From: Candidatus Poribacteria bacterium
GTDB taxonomy: Bacteria; Poribacteria; WGA-4E; WGA-3G
DNA: 64,000 bases
NCBI GenBank assembly: GCA_965198235.1
Contig: OZ240248.1
Span: 2,592,001-2,656,000, forward strand
Direction of reading: 5' to 3'
This document shows, one piece after another, positions 48,972 through 59,261 of the stretch. The position numbers and the translations under genes are program-made. Below the pieces are notes generated by a model. It did no database searches and was not told the origin of the DNA. It was given only the letters and a program-made list of their open reading frames with translations. How positions within the stretch are numbered: position 1 is the stretch's first letter; every line of letters begins with the position of its first letter.

Positions 48972-49175
48972 TTTGATATCTCCTGTGTTCTGTGTGATGT
49001 CTTTTACCAAAGTATACCACAAATATAGGCCGAAATCAACAAAAAAGGAGGCAGAGTTTCCTCGCAAAATCCGAATGATTTTTGTCACACCTCTTTCTAC
49101 GAAATATGATATAATGCATTCAATAAAGCAATGTGTCCAAGTCTTGCCAATCAAAAAAGTGGAAAGGAATTCAAT

Positions 49176-50654
49176 ATGAGCCAAGAAGAAAAAAAAGAAT
49201 CTGAAGAGACGAAGGATGAGGAGAAAAATCCCGATATACCTGAAGATAAACTCTCGGTTACGCATCACAGCGTTACCATTAATGGCGAAGAGATGCGTTA
49301 CACCGCCACAGCGGGAACACTCGTTCTGAAAGAGGAGATCGACAAGGAGGGCGAGAAGCCGAAAGCCTCCGTTTTCTTTATTGCCTATACGCGTGACGAT
49401 GTGGAAGATACATCCAAACGTCCGATAACGTTCTCCTTCAACGGGGGTCCCGGATCTTCATCAGTGTGGTTACATTTAGGTGTCCTGGGACCGCGGTGTG
49501 TCAAGTCTGATGAAGATGACGAATTGCCGCATCCGCCGTATCAATTGACCAATAACGAATGTTCTATTTTAGACAAAACGGATCTCGTTTTCATCGATCC
49601 CGTCAGCACTGGGTTCAGCAGAGCGGTACCCGGTGAAGAAGCGAAACAATTCCACGGCTTCAAGAGGGATATTGAATCGGTTGGCGATTTTATTCTGCTC
49701 TATTTGGGACGCTACAAACGGTGGGGATCGCCCAAACTCCTCATCGGTGAAAGTTATGGAACAACGCGGGCTGGCGGACTGGCGGGTTATCTTCAGGGAC
49801 GGCACGGTGCCTATCTCAACGCCATCATGCTTGTTTCGGTCGTGCTTAACTTCCAGACAATCCGATTTGCCCCCGGTAACGATCTTCCTTATATTCTCTA
49901 TCTACCTACTTATGCAGCGACTGCACGTTATCATGACAAATTAAGCGAAATTGATGCCCAATTTGAATCGTTCATGGACGAGGTAAGGGCGTTCGCTATG
50001 GGTGATTACACCATCGCTTTGATGCAGGGTGATGCTGTGCCCCCAGATCAACGCGCGAACATCGTTCAACAACTCGCGAAGTATACCGGGCTTACACCGG
50101 AATATATTGAGCGAACGGACATACGGATTAACATTATGCGGTTTTGCAAGGAGTTGCTCCGGGATGAAGGTCGCACGGTTGGGCGTTTTGATAGCCGATA
50201 CAAGGGAATCGACCGCGATTCAGCAGGTGAAACTTACGAATACGATCCGAGTTCCGCAGTCGTGCAAGGCGCGTATACCGCCGCTCTCAACGCTTATGTC
50301 CGAGATGAACTGGAATTTGAGTCCGACCTACCGTATGAGATATTGAGCCGACGTGTTCATCCATGGGACTACAGCGACCATCAGAACGAATACGTCAACG
50401 TTGCCGATACACTCCGCGCGGCGATGACCATGAATCCTGCCTTGAAAGTCTTTGTTGCAAACGGCTATTACGACTTAGCAACACCTTTTCTCGCATCAGA
50501 GTATACCTTCAGCCACCTTGGACTCGATAAATCTTTGCAGGATAACATCACGATGGCTTACTATCAGGCTGGACACATGATGTACATAGACCAGGCGGAA
50601 TTGCGTAAGATGAAAGACGATTTGGATGCGTTCCTTGACGACGTACTTTCGTAA
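49176..50654 (+). CDS. Serine carboxypeptidase (S10)
   Basis: FNGGPGSSS, DPVSTGFS, GESYG, GYYDLATP, AGHMMY. Confidence 0.93.
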   Translation: MSQEEKKESEETKDEEKNPDIPEDKLSVTHHSVTINGEEMRYTATAGTLVLKEEIDKEGEKPKASVFFIAYTRDDVEDTSKRPITFSFNGGPGSSSVWLHLGVLGPRCVKSDEDDELPHPPYQLTNNECSILDKTDLVFIDPVSTGFSRAVPGEEAKQFHGFKRDIESVGDFILLYLGRYKRWGSPKLLIGESYGTTRAGGLAGYLQGRHGAYLNAIMLVSVVLNFQTIRFAPGNDLPYILYLPTYAATARYHDKLSEIDAQFESFMDEVRAFAMGDYTIALMQGDAVPPDQRANIVQQLAKYTGLTPEYIERTDIRINIMRFCKELLRDEGRTVGRFDSRYKGIDRDSAGETYEYDPSSAVVQGAYTAALNAYVRDELEFESDLPYEILSRRVHPWDYSDHQNEYVNVADTLRAAMTMNPALKVFVANGYYDLATPFLASEYTFSHLGLDKSLQDNITMAYYQAGHMMYIDQAELRKMKDDLDAFLDDVLS

Positions 50655-50661
50655 CCCCTAC

Positions 50662-50914
50662 GCCTTAACCGCGAGGTAAATTAAGGGATCAGACGAAATT
50701 AGTCCTAAGTGCGTAGCTTGAAACGAAGTGGAAAGCGGGTTTGTGGGAAGGAACGTCAAATCCACAACCGCTGTGCCTTAACCGCAAGGTAAATTAGAGA
50801 ATCAGATGAAATTAGCCGTAAGTGCGTAGCTTGAAACGAAGTGGAAAGCGGGTCTACGGGAAGGAACATCAAATCCCCAGTTCGCCTGACCGAACCGCAA
50901 GGTAAATTAAAAAA
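50662..50914 (+). repeat. Tandem array of family A element, 113-bp period
   Basis: AACCGC(A/G)AGG at 50667, 50780, 50893; TAAGTGCGTAGCTTGAAACGAAGTGGAAAGCGGGT twice. Confidence 0.88.
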
Positions 50915-51958
50915 ATGAGTTATCAGAGAGAATTTGAGAAAAGGCTGAACGTTGCTGTCGTCGGTGTCGGTTCACACGGTTATCGCAACGTTCTGCCGAC
51001 GCTAACCTTTCTCCCGATTCGGCTCAAAGCGTTCTGTGACCTTGATATTGACCGTGCCCGCGTCACTGCCGAACAATACGGTGTTCAGGCGTGCTATCCG
51101 AGTATGGCGGAGATGCTCCGCAACGAAGAATTGGACGCGATCTTTCTCTGCGCACCGCCGCGTCTACACCCTGAATTAACCTGTGAAGCGTTAGACGCCG
51201 GTATGCATGTCTGGATGGAAAAGCCGCCCGGAATGTTTGCTGACGAGGTCTCAGAGATGATCCGTCACCGAAAGGATCGCGTCGTGGTTGTCGGGTTCAA
51301 AAAGGCTTTCATGCCTGCCACGCAGAAGATTATCGAAATCTTCGCAACCGATGAATACGGTCCCTTACGGAGCATTTTGGGGGTCTATCCGATGACGATT
51401 TCAGAGGATGGGAAGCGTGTGCTACGCGAGAAACAGCATACGAATTGGCTCCAAAACGGGTGTCATCCACTGTCTCTGTTTGTCGCAGTCGGCGGGAAGG
51501 TTTCAGCGGTGACCGTTCGCCGGGGGCAACGGGGTGGTGGCGCGTGTATCTTGGAGTACGAAAGTGGAGCACTCGGAAACTTTCATTTAGCGGATGGCGC
51601 GAGGCATGGACAGCCTTCTGAACTTTATCAATTCTTCGGTGATGGATGCCACGCCGAAATTCGGAACAGCACGCGAGTTGTACTCCAGCGTGGCATATCC
51701 TTCAATTATAGCGGCAGCACCAGTTATGTCCCTGAAGGTTTTGACAGTGGGGCTATCGTCTGGGAGCCACAAAACAGCCTCGGCACCCTCGAAAACAAAG
51801 GGCTTTTCATACAAGGCTTCTACCAAGAGATGCGATATTTCTGTGACTGTATTCTGGAGGGCAAACCCGCAGCGCAAGGGTCGCTTGAATTTGCACTGGA
51901 AGTGATGAAGGTTTATGAGGCGGGACTCCGTTCAGAAGGCGAAACCGTTCCTGTTTGA
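50915..51958 (+). CDS. Gfo/Idh/MocA oxidoreductase
   Basis: [15 protein letters not shown]. Confidence 0.9.
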   Translation: MSYQREFEKRLNVAVVGVGSHGYRNVLPTLTFLPIRLKAFCDLDIDRARVTAEQYGVQACYPSMAEMLRNEELDAIFLCAPPRLHPELTCEALDAGMHVWMEKPPGMFADEVSEMIRHRKDRVVVVGFKKAFMPATQKIIEIFATDEYGPLRSILGVYPMTISEDGKRVLREKQHTNWLQNGCHPLSLFVAVGGKVSAVTVRRGQRGGGACILEYESGALGNFHLADGARHGQPSELYQFFGDGCHAEIRNSTRVVLQRGISFNYSGSTSYVPEGFDSGAIVWEPQNSLGTLENKGLFIQGFYQEMRYFCDCILEGKPAAQGSLEFALEVMKVYEAGLRSEGETVPV

Positions 51959-52010
51959 TGAGGTCGATTGAACAGGTAGCGAATGCTTTTAGTATTCCTT
52001 TGGATGAAAA

Positions 52011-53717
52011 ATGTTAACAAAACTGATTTGCCGTAATTTCAAAAACTTTGGCGAAGTCGAGATTGAATTAGGGAATCCCGTCGTTTTCATCGGTCCAAAT
52101 AACTCTGGCAAGACGACAGCGTTACAAGCACTCGCTCTGTGGGAGATAGGGCTCAAACGATGGAACGAGAATCGCAAGGGGAAAACAAACCCAGAAAAGC
52201 GTCCGGGTGTTGTTATCAACCGACGCGACCTCATTTCCGTTCCGGTCCCAAGTGCGCGATTACTCTGGCGAAATTTGCAAGTCCGCGATCCGCAAAATGT
52301 CCGTATAGATATTATCGTTGAGGGTGTCACAATAGGCAAAGAATGGAAATGTGGTTTGGAATTTGATTATGCCAATCAGGAATCTTTTTACTGCCGTCCT
52401 TTGAGAATGCCGGACACAGATGAGAAAGGTCCTAAACGAATGCCTGTTCCTAACGAAGCGGAAAAACTTTCTGTTGCCTACCTTCCCCCGATGTCTGGTC
52501 TCGCCTCTAGTGAATTACGCCTTGACCCAGGGGCGATCAATGTTCGTATCGGAGAAGGACGGACAGCAGAAGTCTTGCGTAATATTTGCTATCAGGTTTC
52601 ACATGAGACCCAAAAATGGGAAAAACTCTGTGAGCAAATCAGTGCGTTGTTTGGTGTGTCCCTTGATGAACCGCATTATATTCAGGAACGTGGGGAAATT
52701 GCAATGGACTTTCGAGATGAATCTGGCATTTCTCTAGACCTCTCTTCATCGGGACGTGGCTTGCAACAAACGCTACTGCTACTTGCCTACATCGCAGCGC
52801 ATCCTGGATCTGTCCTTTTGCTTGATGAGCCAGATGCGCATCTTGAGATCCTTCGACAGCGTCAGATTTACCAAGTGCTTACAGAATTAGCGCGGGAACA
52901 TGGCAGTCAAATCGTTGCCGCCAGTCATTCTGAGGTTATTCTAAACGAAGCAGCAGGCCGTGATGTTGTTATCGCCTTTCTCGGCACGCCCCACCGAATT
53001 GATGATCGCGGTAGTCATCTTATTAAATCGCTTCGGACGATTGGTTTTGAGCAGTACTATCAGTCACAGCAACAGGGCTGGGTACTTTACCTTGAAGGTG
53101 CAACGGATCTCGCAATCCTGCGGGCGTTTGCTGAAAAACTTTCACATGACGCGATGGCTGTGTTAGAACGTCCTTACGTTCATTATGTTGGTAATCAACC
53201 GACGGAGGCACGTAAACACTTTTACGGTTTGCGTGAGGCAAAGCCTGATCTCGTCGGATTCTGTCTCTTCGATCGAATTTCTGACCAACTTCAGACTCCT
53301 CCTGAATTAATAGAATACGCGTGGCAAAGGCGTGAGATTGAGAATTACATTGTGTCCAGCAGACAGGTGCTAATTGACTGGGCACGTGCGGAGGGGGAAG
53401 AACGAACTGAAGGTCCACTATTCTCAATACCCTGGGTATCTACAATGGAGGAAAGGATTACGGAGATCGAAAACGCCCGTGCAACACTTCGTCAAGAATC
53501 ACCTTGGTCTCCAGATATCAAAGTGACTGACGATTTTTTGGATGGACTGTTTGAAACGTTCTTTGAAAAATTGGAAATGCCGAACCTCATGCAAAAGACA
53601 AATTATCATACTTTAGTCCAATATGTGCCAGTAGACCAGATTGACCCTGAAATCGCCAAAGTGCTTGATGCTATTTTGGAGGTTGCAGAAAAAGCAGTGC
53701 CGTTGAGCAGTGTGTAA
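52011..53717 (+). CDS. ABC-type ATPase with TOPRIM-like C-terminal domain (OLD-like)
   Basis: GPNNSGKT, SGRG, LLLDEPDAHL, SHS; LYLEGATD and REIENY. Confidence 0.82.
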   Translation: MLTKLICRNFKNFGEVEIELGNPVVFIGPNNSGKTTALQALALWEIGLKRWNENRKGKTNPEKRPGVVINRRDLISVPVPSARLLWRNLQVRDPQNVRIDIIVEGVTIGKEWKCGLEFDYANQESFYCRPLRMPDTDEKGPKRMPVPNEAEKLSVAYLPPMSGLASSELRLDPGAINVRIGEGRTAEVLRNICYQVSHETQKWEKLCEQISALFGVSLDEPHYIQERGEIAMDFRDESGISLDLSSSGRGLQQTLLLLAYIAAHPGSVLLLDEPDAHLEILRQRQIYQVLTELAREHGSQIVAASHSEVILNEAAGRDVVIAFLGTPHRIDDRGSHLIKSLRTIGFEQYYQSQQQGWVLYLEGATDLAILRAFAEKLSHDAMAVLERPYVHYVGNQPTEARKHFYGLREAKPDLVGFCLFDRISDQLQTPPELIEYAWQRREIENYIVSSRQVLIDWARAEGEERTEGPLFSIPWVSTMEERITEIENARATLRQESPWSPDIKVTDDFLDGLFETFFEKLEMPNLMQKTNYHTLVQYVPVDQIDPEIAKVLDAILEVAEKAVPLSSV

Positions 53718-53736
53718 ACTATAAAACGGAGGCTGA

Positions 53737-54213
53737 ATGGTAAAAGTATCCCTCAGAACCATTACGCCGGAGAATCTTGACGAGTGTATTTCCCTAAAGG
53801 TAGCTGATCATCAAAAGGGATTCGTTGCCCCCAATATATACTCCCTTGCCCAAGCGTCTGTCAGTCCAAGGTATCATCCTTTCGGCATCTATGACGCAGA
53901 TGCCCATTACCGAGCGGATCCATCTATGGTAGGATTCGTAATGTATGGCCTTAGCAATGCCCGCGGCTTCATCTTACGTTTGATGATAGACGAAAAGTTT
54001 CAAAGGAGAGGATATGGTAAAGCCGCTATGGTTGAAGTGATACGCAGATTGAAATTACATCCAGAGGTCGAGCGGATTGCAACAAGCCATGATAGGAAAA
54101 ATGAAGCTGCCGCGCGACTTTATGAAAGTTTGGGATTCGTTGATTGGAAACATAAATCAAGGACGGACGATTCCGGTGAAAGGTATCTGATTCTTCAAGA
54201 GGATAGTATCTAA
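53737..54213 (+). CDS. GNAT acetyltransferase
   Basis: RLMIDEKFQRRGYG, NEAAARLYESLGF. Confidence 0.9.
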   Translation: MVKVSLRTITPENLDECISLKVADHQKGFVAPNIYSLAQASVSPRYHPFGIYDADAHYRADPSMVGFVMYGLSNARGFILRLMIDEKFQRRGYGKAAMVEVIRRLKLHPEVERIATSHDRKNEAAARLYESLGFVDWKHKSRTDDSGERYLILQEDSI

Positions 54214-54231
54214 CTATACGGAGGAGAAAGC

Positions 54232-55245
54232 GTGGAATATAGGAGACTGGGAAAAAGTGGAATTAAGGTATCCGAAATCTGTTTAGGCACGATGACCTTC
54301 GGTCACGGTGCTGACGAGGCAGAGTCAAACCGCATGGTAGATCTCGCTTTGGATGCCGGTGTCAACTTTTTTGACACGGCGAACTCTTATGCCGAAGGCG
54401 AATCCGAAGTACTTCTTGGTAAAGCACTCAAGGGGAAACGTCGCGACGCAGTTATAGCGACGAAGTTTTTCAACCCGATGGGTACCGGTCCCAACGATTC
54501 CGGGATGTCGCGCGCGCATATTATGCAAGCGATTGGCGATAGCCTCAAACGTCTCCAGATGGACTATGTAGACATCTACTATATTCACCACGTCGATACA
54601 CAAACACCGTTAGAAGAGATGCTTCGTGCCTTGGACGATCTCGTCCGGCAGGGGAAAGTCCGCTATACGGCGTGTAGCAACTACCAAGCGTGGCTGTTAT
54701 CCGAAGCACTATGGCTCAGCGATATAAACAATTGGACACGCTTTGCATGCTATCAACCGCAATATAGTCTCGTTGTCCGGGATATAGAACAGGAGATCGT
54801 GCCGCTTTGTGAACTCAAAGGGCTTGGTGTCGTCGTATGGAGTCCGTTAGCCGGTGGATTCCTGTCTGGCAAATACAAGCCGGGCGAGCGAACGCAAGGC
54901 GGAACGCGATCCGCTGAAGGGTGGGCATACCCGGAACGCTATTTCGCAGAAAACGCCGATGAAACGTTGCAGGCAGTCCTTGAGGTTTCTGATGAACTTG
55001 GACGTAGCCCCGCGCAGGTCGCACTCCGTTGGGTCCTCGAACAGCGAGCGATGACTTCGGTGATTGTCGGCGCAAGGCACGCCGGGCATTTGCGCGATAA
55101 TCTCGGCGCATCTGGATGGAGACTTGAGGGCGAGGCACTCCAAAAACTCAACGAAGTTTCACATCTGCCAGATCGGTACCCTGAAGCGATGGAAAAGAAT
55201 GTGCATGAACGGCGGGACAGCGCAGTCGATATGCCGCGGTTGTAG
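54232..55245 (+). CDS. Aldo/keto reductase
   Basis: ICLGTMTFG, DTANSY, WSPLAGG. Confidence 0.93.
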   Translation: MEYRRLGKSGIKVSEICLGTMTFGHGADEAESNRMVDLALDAGVNFFDTANSYAEGESEVLLGKALKGKRRDAVIATKFFNPMGTGPNDSGMSRAHIMQAIGDSLKRLQMDYVDIYYIHHVDTQTPLEEMLRALDDLVRQGKVRYTACSNYQAWLLSEALWLSDINNWTRFACYQPQYSLVVRDIEQEIVPLCELKGLGVVVWSPLAGGFLSGKYKPGERTQGGTRSAEGWAYPERYFAENADETLQAVLEVSDELGRSPAQVALRWVLEQRAMTSVIVGARHAGHLRDNLGASGWRLEGEALQKLNEVSHLPDRYPEAMEKNVHERRDSAVDMPRL

Positions 55246-55384
55246 AGGTCACATCAGCAGAAATCCGAACTTTTCTCTTTCAGATCTGACTAACTTAAAC
55301 AGTGAACACTTTTAGCGAATGAGGGTGGCACGAAAGAACATATTATTAAACCCTTTCGGACTTTAAGATCAGGAGGGAGTTTCC

Positions 55385-57448
55385 ATGATAGGAAAATTAG
55401 GAAAATGGAAAATTATTGCAATTGTCGGTGCAGTGCTGTTAGTGGTGGCTGCGGTCGCCGTGGGGCGCATCGTATTTACAAACGCGAACGGAACAGATAG
55501 TGCTGAAATGTCAGAATTAAAGACCGCAACGGTCGAACGGGGCGACATTGCTGTGGAAATTGACGCAACAGGTACTATCAAGCCGTTGAATATTGTTAAG
55601 GTCAGTTCCAAAGCGAGTGGAAAGATTCTGGAACTTAAGGTTGACGCAGGTGATTACGTTGAGAAGGATGAAATCATTGCGATCGTTGAAACGACCTACG
55701 TGCAGATCAGTTTAGAACAAGCACAAGCCGATTTGAGATCTGCCGAAGCACGTTTGCAACAGGCAGAAATTGACTTTGAACTTCAAAAGGAGCAGTCGGC
55801 AATCCAGATTCGGCAGGCGAGGGAATCTCTCGCTGAAGCTACACGCCGCCTCATCCAATTGAAGGAAGAGATCCGTCTTGAAAAGGTAGCGAATGCACGC
55901 GGCGTGATGGATGCCGAAAACAGTCTGAACATCTCCAAGATTCGGTATAAGTTGCTAACCTCTGATGAGGTCCGGGAGGAAAATAGACAGCGCGCGAAAA
56001 ACTCCCTGGAGCAGGAAGAGGCAAACTTAGAGTTGGTAACGTCAGAACATAAAAGAAATAAGACACTTTACGAGAAAGAACTCATTTCACAAGCCGCATT
56101 AGAATCTTCACAGGCACAACTTAAATCGGCACAAGCACGGCATCAGTCCGCTGTTGAAAATCTAAAACTGGTAGAGAAACCCGCCACTGAAGCTGAACTT
56201 GAATTGGGACAAGCCGATATTAGGAAGGCAGAATTTAACCGTGAAATCGCCGAAGAACGGGTAGAGGCTGAAGCCACACGAGACATGGATATTGAACTTC
56301 AGAATCAGCGGATTGTGCAGGCTGAAGAGTCTTTGAAACTCGTGGAAGCGAATCGGAAACAGATTGAACGTAAGGAACGCGATCTGGAAACTGCACATTC
56401 ATCGGTTAAACGCAGTGAAACGCAGCTGGAACTCCGTCAAATTGAGTATGACGATACAACCATCAAGGCACCCATCTCTGGAACGATTCTTGAAAAACTG
56501 GTCGAGGAGGGACAGGTGATTACTTCACGCCTCTCCTCACTCGCCTCAGAAGAAGGACAAACGCTTGTCACGATGGCAGACCTTGACACTGTCTATGTCG
56601 TAACAGAGGTTGATGAGACTGACATCGGTAAGGTAGAGATAGGACAACCCGTGACCATCACAGTCGAAGCCTATCCCGATACGCCGTTTCAGGGGGAAGT
56701 TTTGAAGATCGCACCCCAGGGACAATCCCTTCAGAATGTGACGACTTTTGAGGTAACCTCCGAGTTGAAAAATGTGGAAGCTACAAGTACACGGCAAGGC
56801 ATGGCACGTGGCGGCGGAAGATGGCAGGGCGGTGCCCGTCCCGACATGGCGAATATGACTGAGGAGCAGCGCGAACGTTTCCAAGCAATGCGTCAGCAAC
56901 GTCAAGCAGAAGGCGGTGGTACCGGTGAAAGATCAAGACCGACCTCCCCAGAAGCATCCGCGCAACCAACACAGGAACAGCCTGTTGCGAAGGCGGAAGA
57001 GACCAATGACGACGATTTGGGTGGGCTTTTCGGTGGCTTTTTTGCAGAAGCACCCGCTGTGGAAGCACCCACGCAACCTGAACCGGTAGAGACTGAAGAT
57101 ACAAAGATACCCTACCTCAAACCCGGCATGAACGCCAGTGTTCAAATTTCCGCTGTCAACAGAATGGATATTCTTACCCTGCCAGCCGAAGCTGTCCTTG
57201 ATATGCGCGGCAGGAAAATGGTTAGAATCGTCGGTGAAGACGGTCAACCCGGACGTCCGCAGCCCGTCGTGACCGGGGTCAGTAGTTTTGACAAGATCGA
57301 AATTATCTCAGGACTTGCTGAAGGTGATGTCGTCGCAATCGGCGGCTTTGGAGGCGGCGGTGCTGGCGGCAGCGAAACTTGGCGACAGATGATGCGGAAT
57401 CCAGCGTCCACAATGCGTCGAATGGGCGGAAGCGGACGGGGGCGATAG
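55385..57448 (+). CDS. Efflux periplasmic adaptor (MacA/HlyD-like)
   Basis: TM anchor, ATGTIKP, IKAPISG, VDETDIG, LKPGMNA. Confidence 0.9.
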   Translation: MIGKLGKWKIIAIVGAVLLVVAAVAVGRIVFTNANGTDSAEMSELKTATVERGDIAVEIDATGTIKPLNIVKVSSKASGKILELKVDAGDYVEKDEIIAIVETTYVQISLEQAQADLRSAEARLQQAEIDFELQKEQSAIQIRQARESLAEATRRLIQLKEEIRLEKVANARGVMDAENSLNISKIRYKLLTSDEVREENRQRAKNSLEQEEANLELVTSEHKRNKTLYEKELISQAALESSQAQLKSAQARHQSAVENLKLVEKPATEAELELGQADIRKAEFNREIAEERVEAEATRDMDIELQNQRIVQAEESLKLVEANRKQIERKERDLETAHSSVKRSETQLELRQIEYDDTTIKAPISGTILEKLVEEGQVITSRLSSLASEEGQTLVTMADLDTVYVVTEVDETDIGKVEIGQPVTITVEAYPDTPFQGEVLKIAPQGQSLQNVTTFEVTSELKNVEATSTRQGMARGGGRWQGGARPDMANMTEEQRERFQAMRQQRQAEGGGTGERSRPTSPEASAQPTQEQPVAKAEETNDDDLGGLFGGFFAEAPAVEAPTQPEPVETEDTKIPYLKPGMNASVQISAVNRMDILTLPAEAVLDMRGRKMVRIVGEDGQPGRPQPVVTGVSSFDKIEIISGLAEGDVVAIGGFGGGGAGGSETWRQMMRNPASTMRRMGGSGRGR

Positions 57449-57502
57449 GCTGATTGACCGTTTTATAGGCGCATTTCACAACCGCGCCAAGGAGAGAGCA
57501 CC

Positions 57503-58714
57503 GTGAGTATCTTGGAGAGTCTTACAAACGCATTAACTGCCTTGTTGGCAAATAAACTCCGATCTATTTTGACGATGTTAGGTGTGATCATCGGTGTCGG
57601 CGCAATTATAACCACGACCTCGATTGGTGAAGGCGCGAAAGCCGACATCACTGAACGGATTCAGACATTGGGAGCGAACATTCTCGCTGTCCGTCCAGGG
57701 CAAAGTCGGTTCCGGGGACGTGGATCTGCTGATGCTCGGAAAAGTCTCACCGTCCAGGACATGGCGGCTTTAGAGGAGCGCGGGCAAAGTTTTGGTTATG
57801 TCACGCCTGAGGTCAGTAGCCGTGCACAGGTGAAGTACCTCAGTAAAAATACAAACACAACTATCGTCGGAACATCTCCAGCTTATCTCGTCACCGCGAA
57901 CTTTACGGTTGAGAAAGGGCGATTTTTTACTGATAGTGAGATCCGCTACCGTCAGCGCGTATGCATCCTCGGCAAAACCGTTGTTGACAACCTCTTTGAA
58001 ACCATAGAACCCGTCGGCAAGACAGTAAAAATTAAGGGGGTCGGTTTTCATGTCTTGGGTGTTATGAAGGAGAAGGGCGCGAGTGGTTGGCGAAACCCAG
58101 ATGACCAGGTTTTCATCCCCTATTCAACTGCTATGAAACGCGTTTTCGGGGAGGACTACCTTTCCAGCATCAGTATACAGGCGAATGATGACAAACTCAT
58201 TCAAGCCGCGGAAACTGAGGTAACAGAACTCCTCCGCAAGCAACACAAGATCCCAATAAACAAAGAACTTGATTTTCATATCCGCAATCAGGCGGAATTT
58301 ATGGAAACTTTGGAAGAGTCGAGCCAAACTTTTACCAACATGATTTTGGGGATTGCTGTCGTTTCTCTCGTCGTCGGTGGTATCGGTATCATGAACATTA
58401 TGCTCGTCTCTGTGACGGAGCGAACGAGAGAGATTGGACTCCGGAAAGCCGTTGGTGCACAGCGCTCCGATATCCTCGTTCAATTCCTTGTTGAGTCTAC
58501 GACGCTCGCACTCCTCGGAGGCCTCGTCGGCATTGGTGTTGGCATCATCGGCGCGGAAGCAGTGCCATCAATCTGGGGATGGCGAACCGTCATCTCACTG
58601 ATGTACGCAGTGCTCTCTTTTGTTGTCAGCGCGTTGGTTGGGGTCTTTTTCGGCGCATATCCCGCATGGAAGGCAGCAAAACTCCATCCGATTGATGCAC
58701 TCAGACACGAATAA
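57503..58714 (+). CDS. MacB-like ABC transporter permease
   Basis: RSILTMLGVIIGV, GGIGIMNIMLVSVTERTREIG, PIDALRHE. Confidence 0.93.
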   Translation: MSILESLTNALTALLANKLRSILTMLGVIIGVGAIITTTSIGEGAKADITERIQTLGANILAVRPGQSRFRGRGSADARKSLTVQDMAALEERGQSFGYVTPEVSSRAQVKYLSKNTNTTIVGTSPAYLVTANFTVEKGRFFTDSEIRYRQRVCILGKTVVDNLFETIEPVGKTVKIKGVGFHVLGVMKEKGASGWRNPDDQVFIPYSTAMKRVFGEDYLSSISIQANDDKLIQAAETEVTELLRKQHKIPINKELDFHIRNQAEFMETLEESSQTFTNMILGIAVVSLVVGGIGIMNIMLVSVTERTREIGLRKAVGAQRSDILVQFLVESTTLALLGGLVGIGVGIIGAEAVPSIWGWRTVISLMYAVLSFVVSALVGVFFGAYPAWKAAKLHPIDALRHE

Positions 58715-58785
58715 ATTACACCAGAGGCACGATTTCATGAAGTTTAAATAAATATTTCGGTAATTCCATTTGAGAAAACGATTGT

Positions 58786-58811
58786 AGGGGGTTTTTGCTT
58801 GGGTGTTTTCC
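58786..58811 (+). repeat. Short repeat family E
   Basis: GGGGTTTTTGCTTGGGTGTTT, also near 63382 and inverted near 42121 and 43636. Confidence 0.65.
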
Positions 58812-59037
58812 TAGGTCTTGTGCCTGCCCGCGTATTACTTCATCTAACCGTGCCTCTTCCTTTATTATGGTGGAATGCGAAATATGTAGACGCTTCGCTG
58901 AAGAGTAGGAGTCCCGTAGCTCAGGTTGTGCTGGTGAAGTTTCCCAACCTCGATTCTTCACACCGTGTTGCTAACGCTATGCTTTGCTACACGGGGTTAG
59001 GACACTGTTATTCATCAGGGGCAAAAAAGGAGTTCTG

Positions 59038-59068
59038 GCACTCCAGCGGAGTGTTATGTCTATAGAAA
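59038..59068 (+). repeat. Solo family B hairpin unit
   Basis: GCACTCCAGCGGAGTGTTATGTCTATAGAAA. Confidence 0.75.
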
Positions 59069-59122
59069 GTGCTTAGGAAACCGTGTGCAAACGCCACCAA
59101 CTCGTTAGGTAGCAGCTTGGAT

Positions 59123-59239
59123 TATAGTGAAACCCGAAAATAAGTGAACACTTGTAGGGGAAACCGGTCTTGGGTTCTCCTGCCCAAAACACTCGCTAAC
59201 CTGGTCCTCCGTGTCCAAATAATTGTGGGCTTTACTATA
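59123..59239. mobile_element. MITE-like element, family D
   Basis: TATAGTGAAACCC / GGGCTTTACTATA ends. Confidence 0.75.
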
Positions 59240-59261
59240 TTATATAATAAAAGGAATTAAG

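Noticed and set aside
50662-50914. Possible CRISPR array
   Set aside because: The period is 113 bp, the intervening segments are homologous to each other, and no cas genes are present.
58908-58980. tRNA-like start (GTCCCGTAGCTCAG)
   Set aside because: No T-loop GTTCRA or matching acceptor stem follows.
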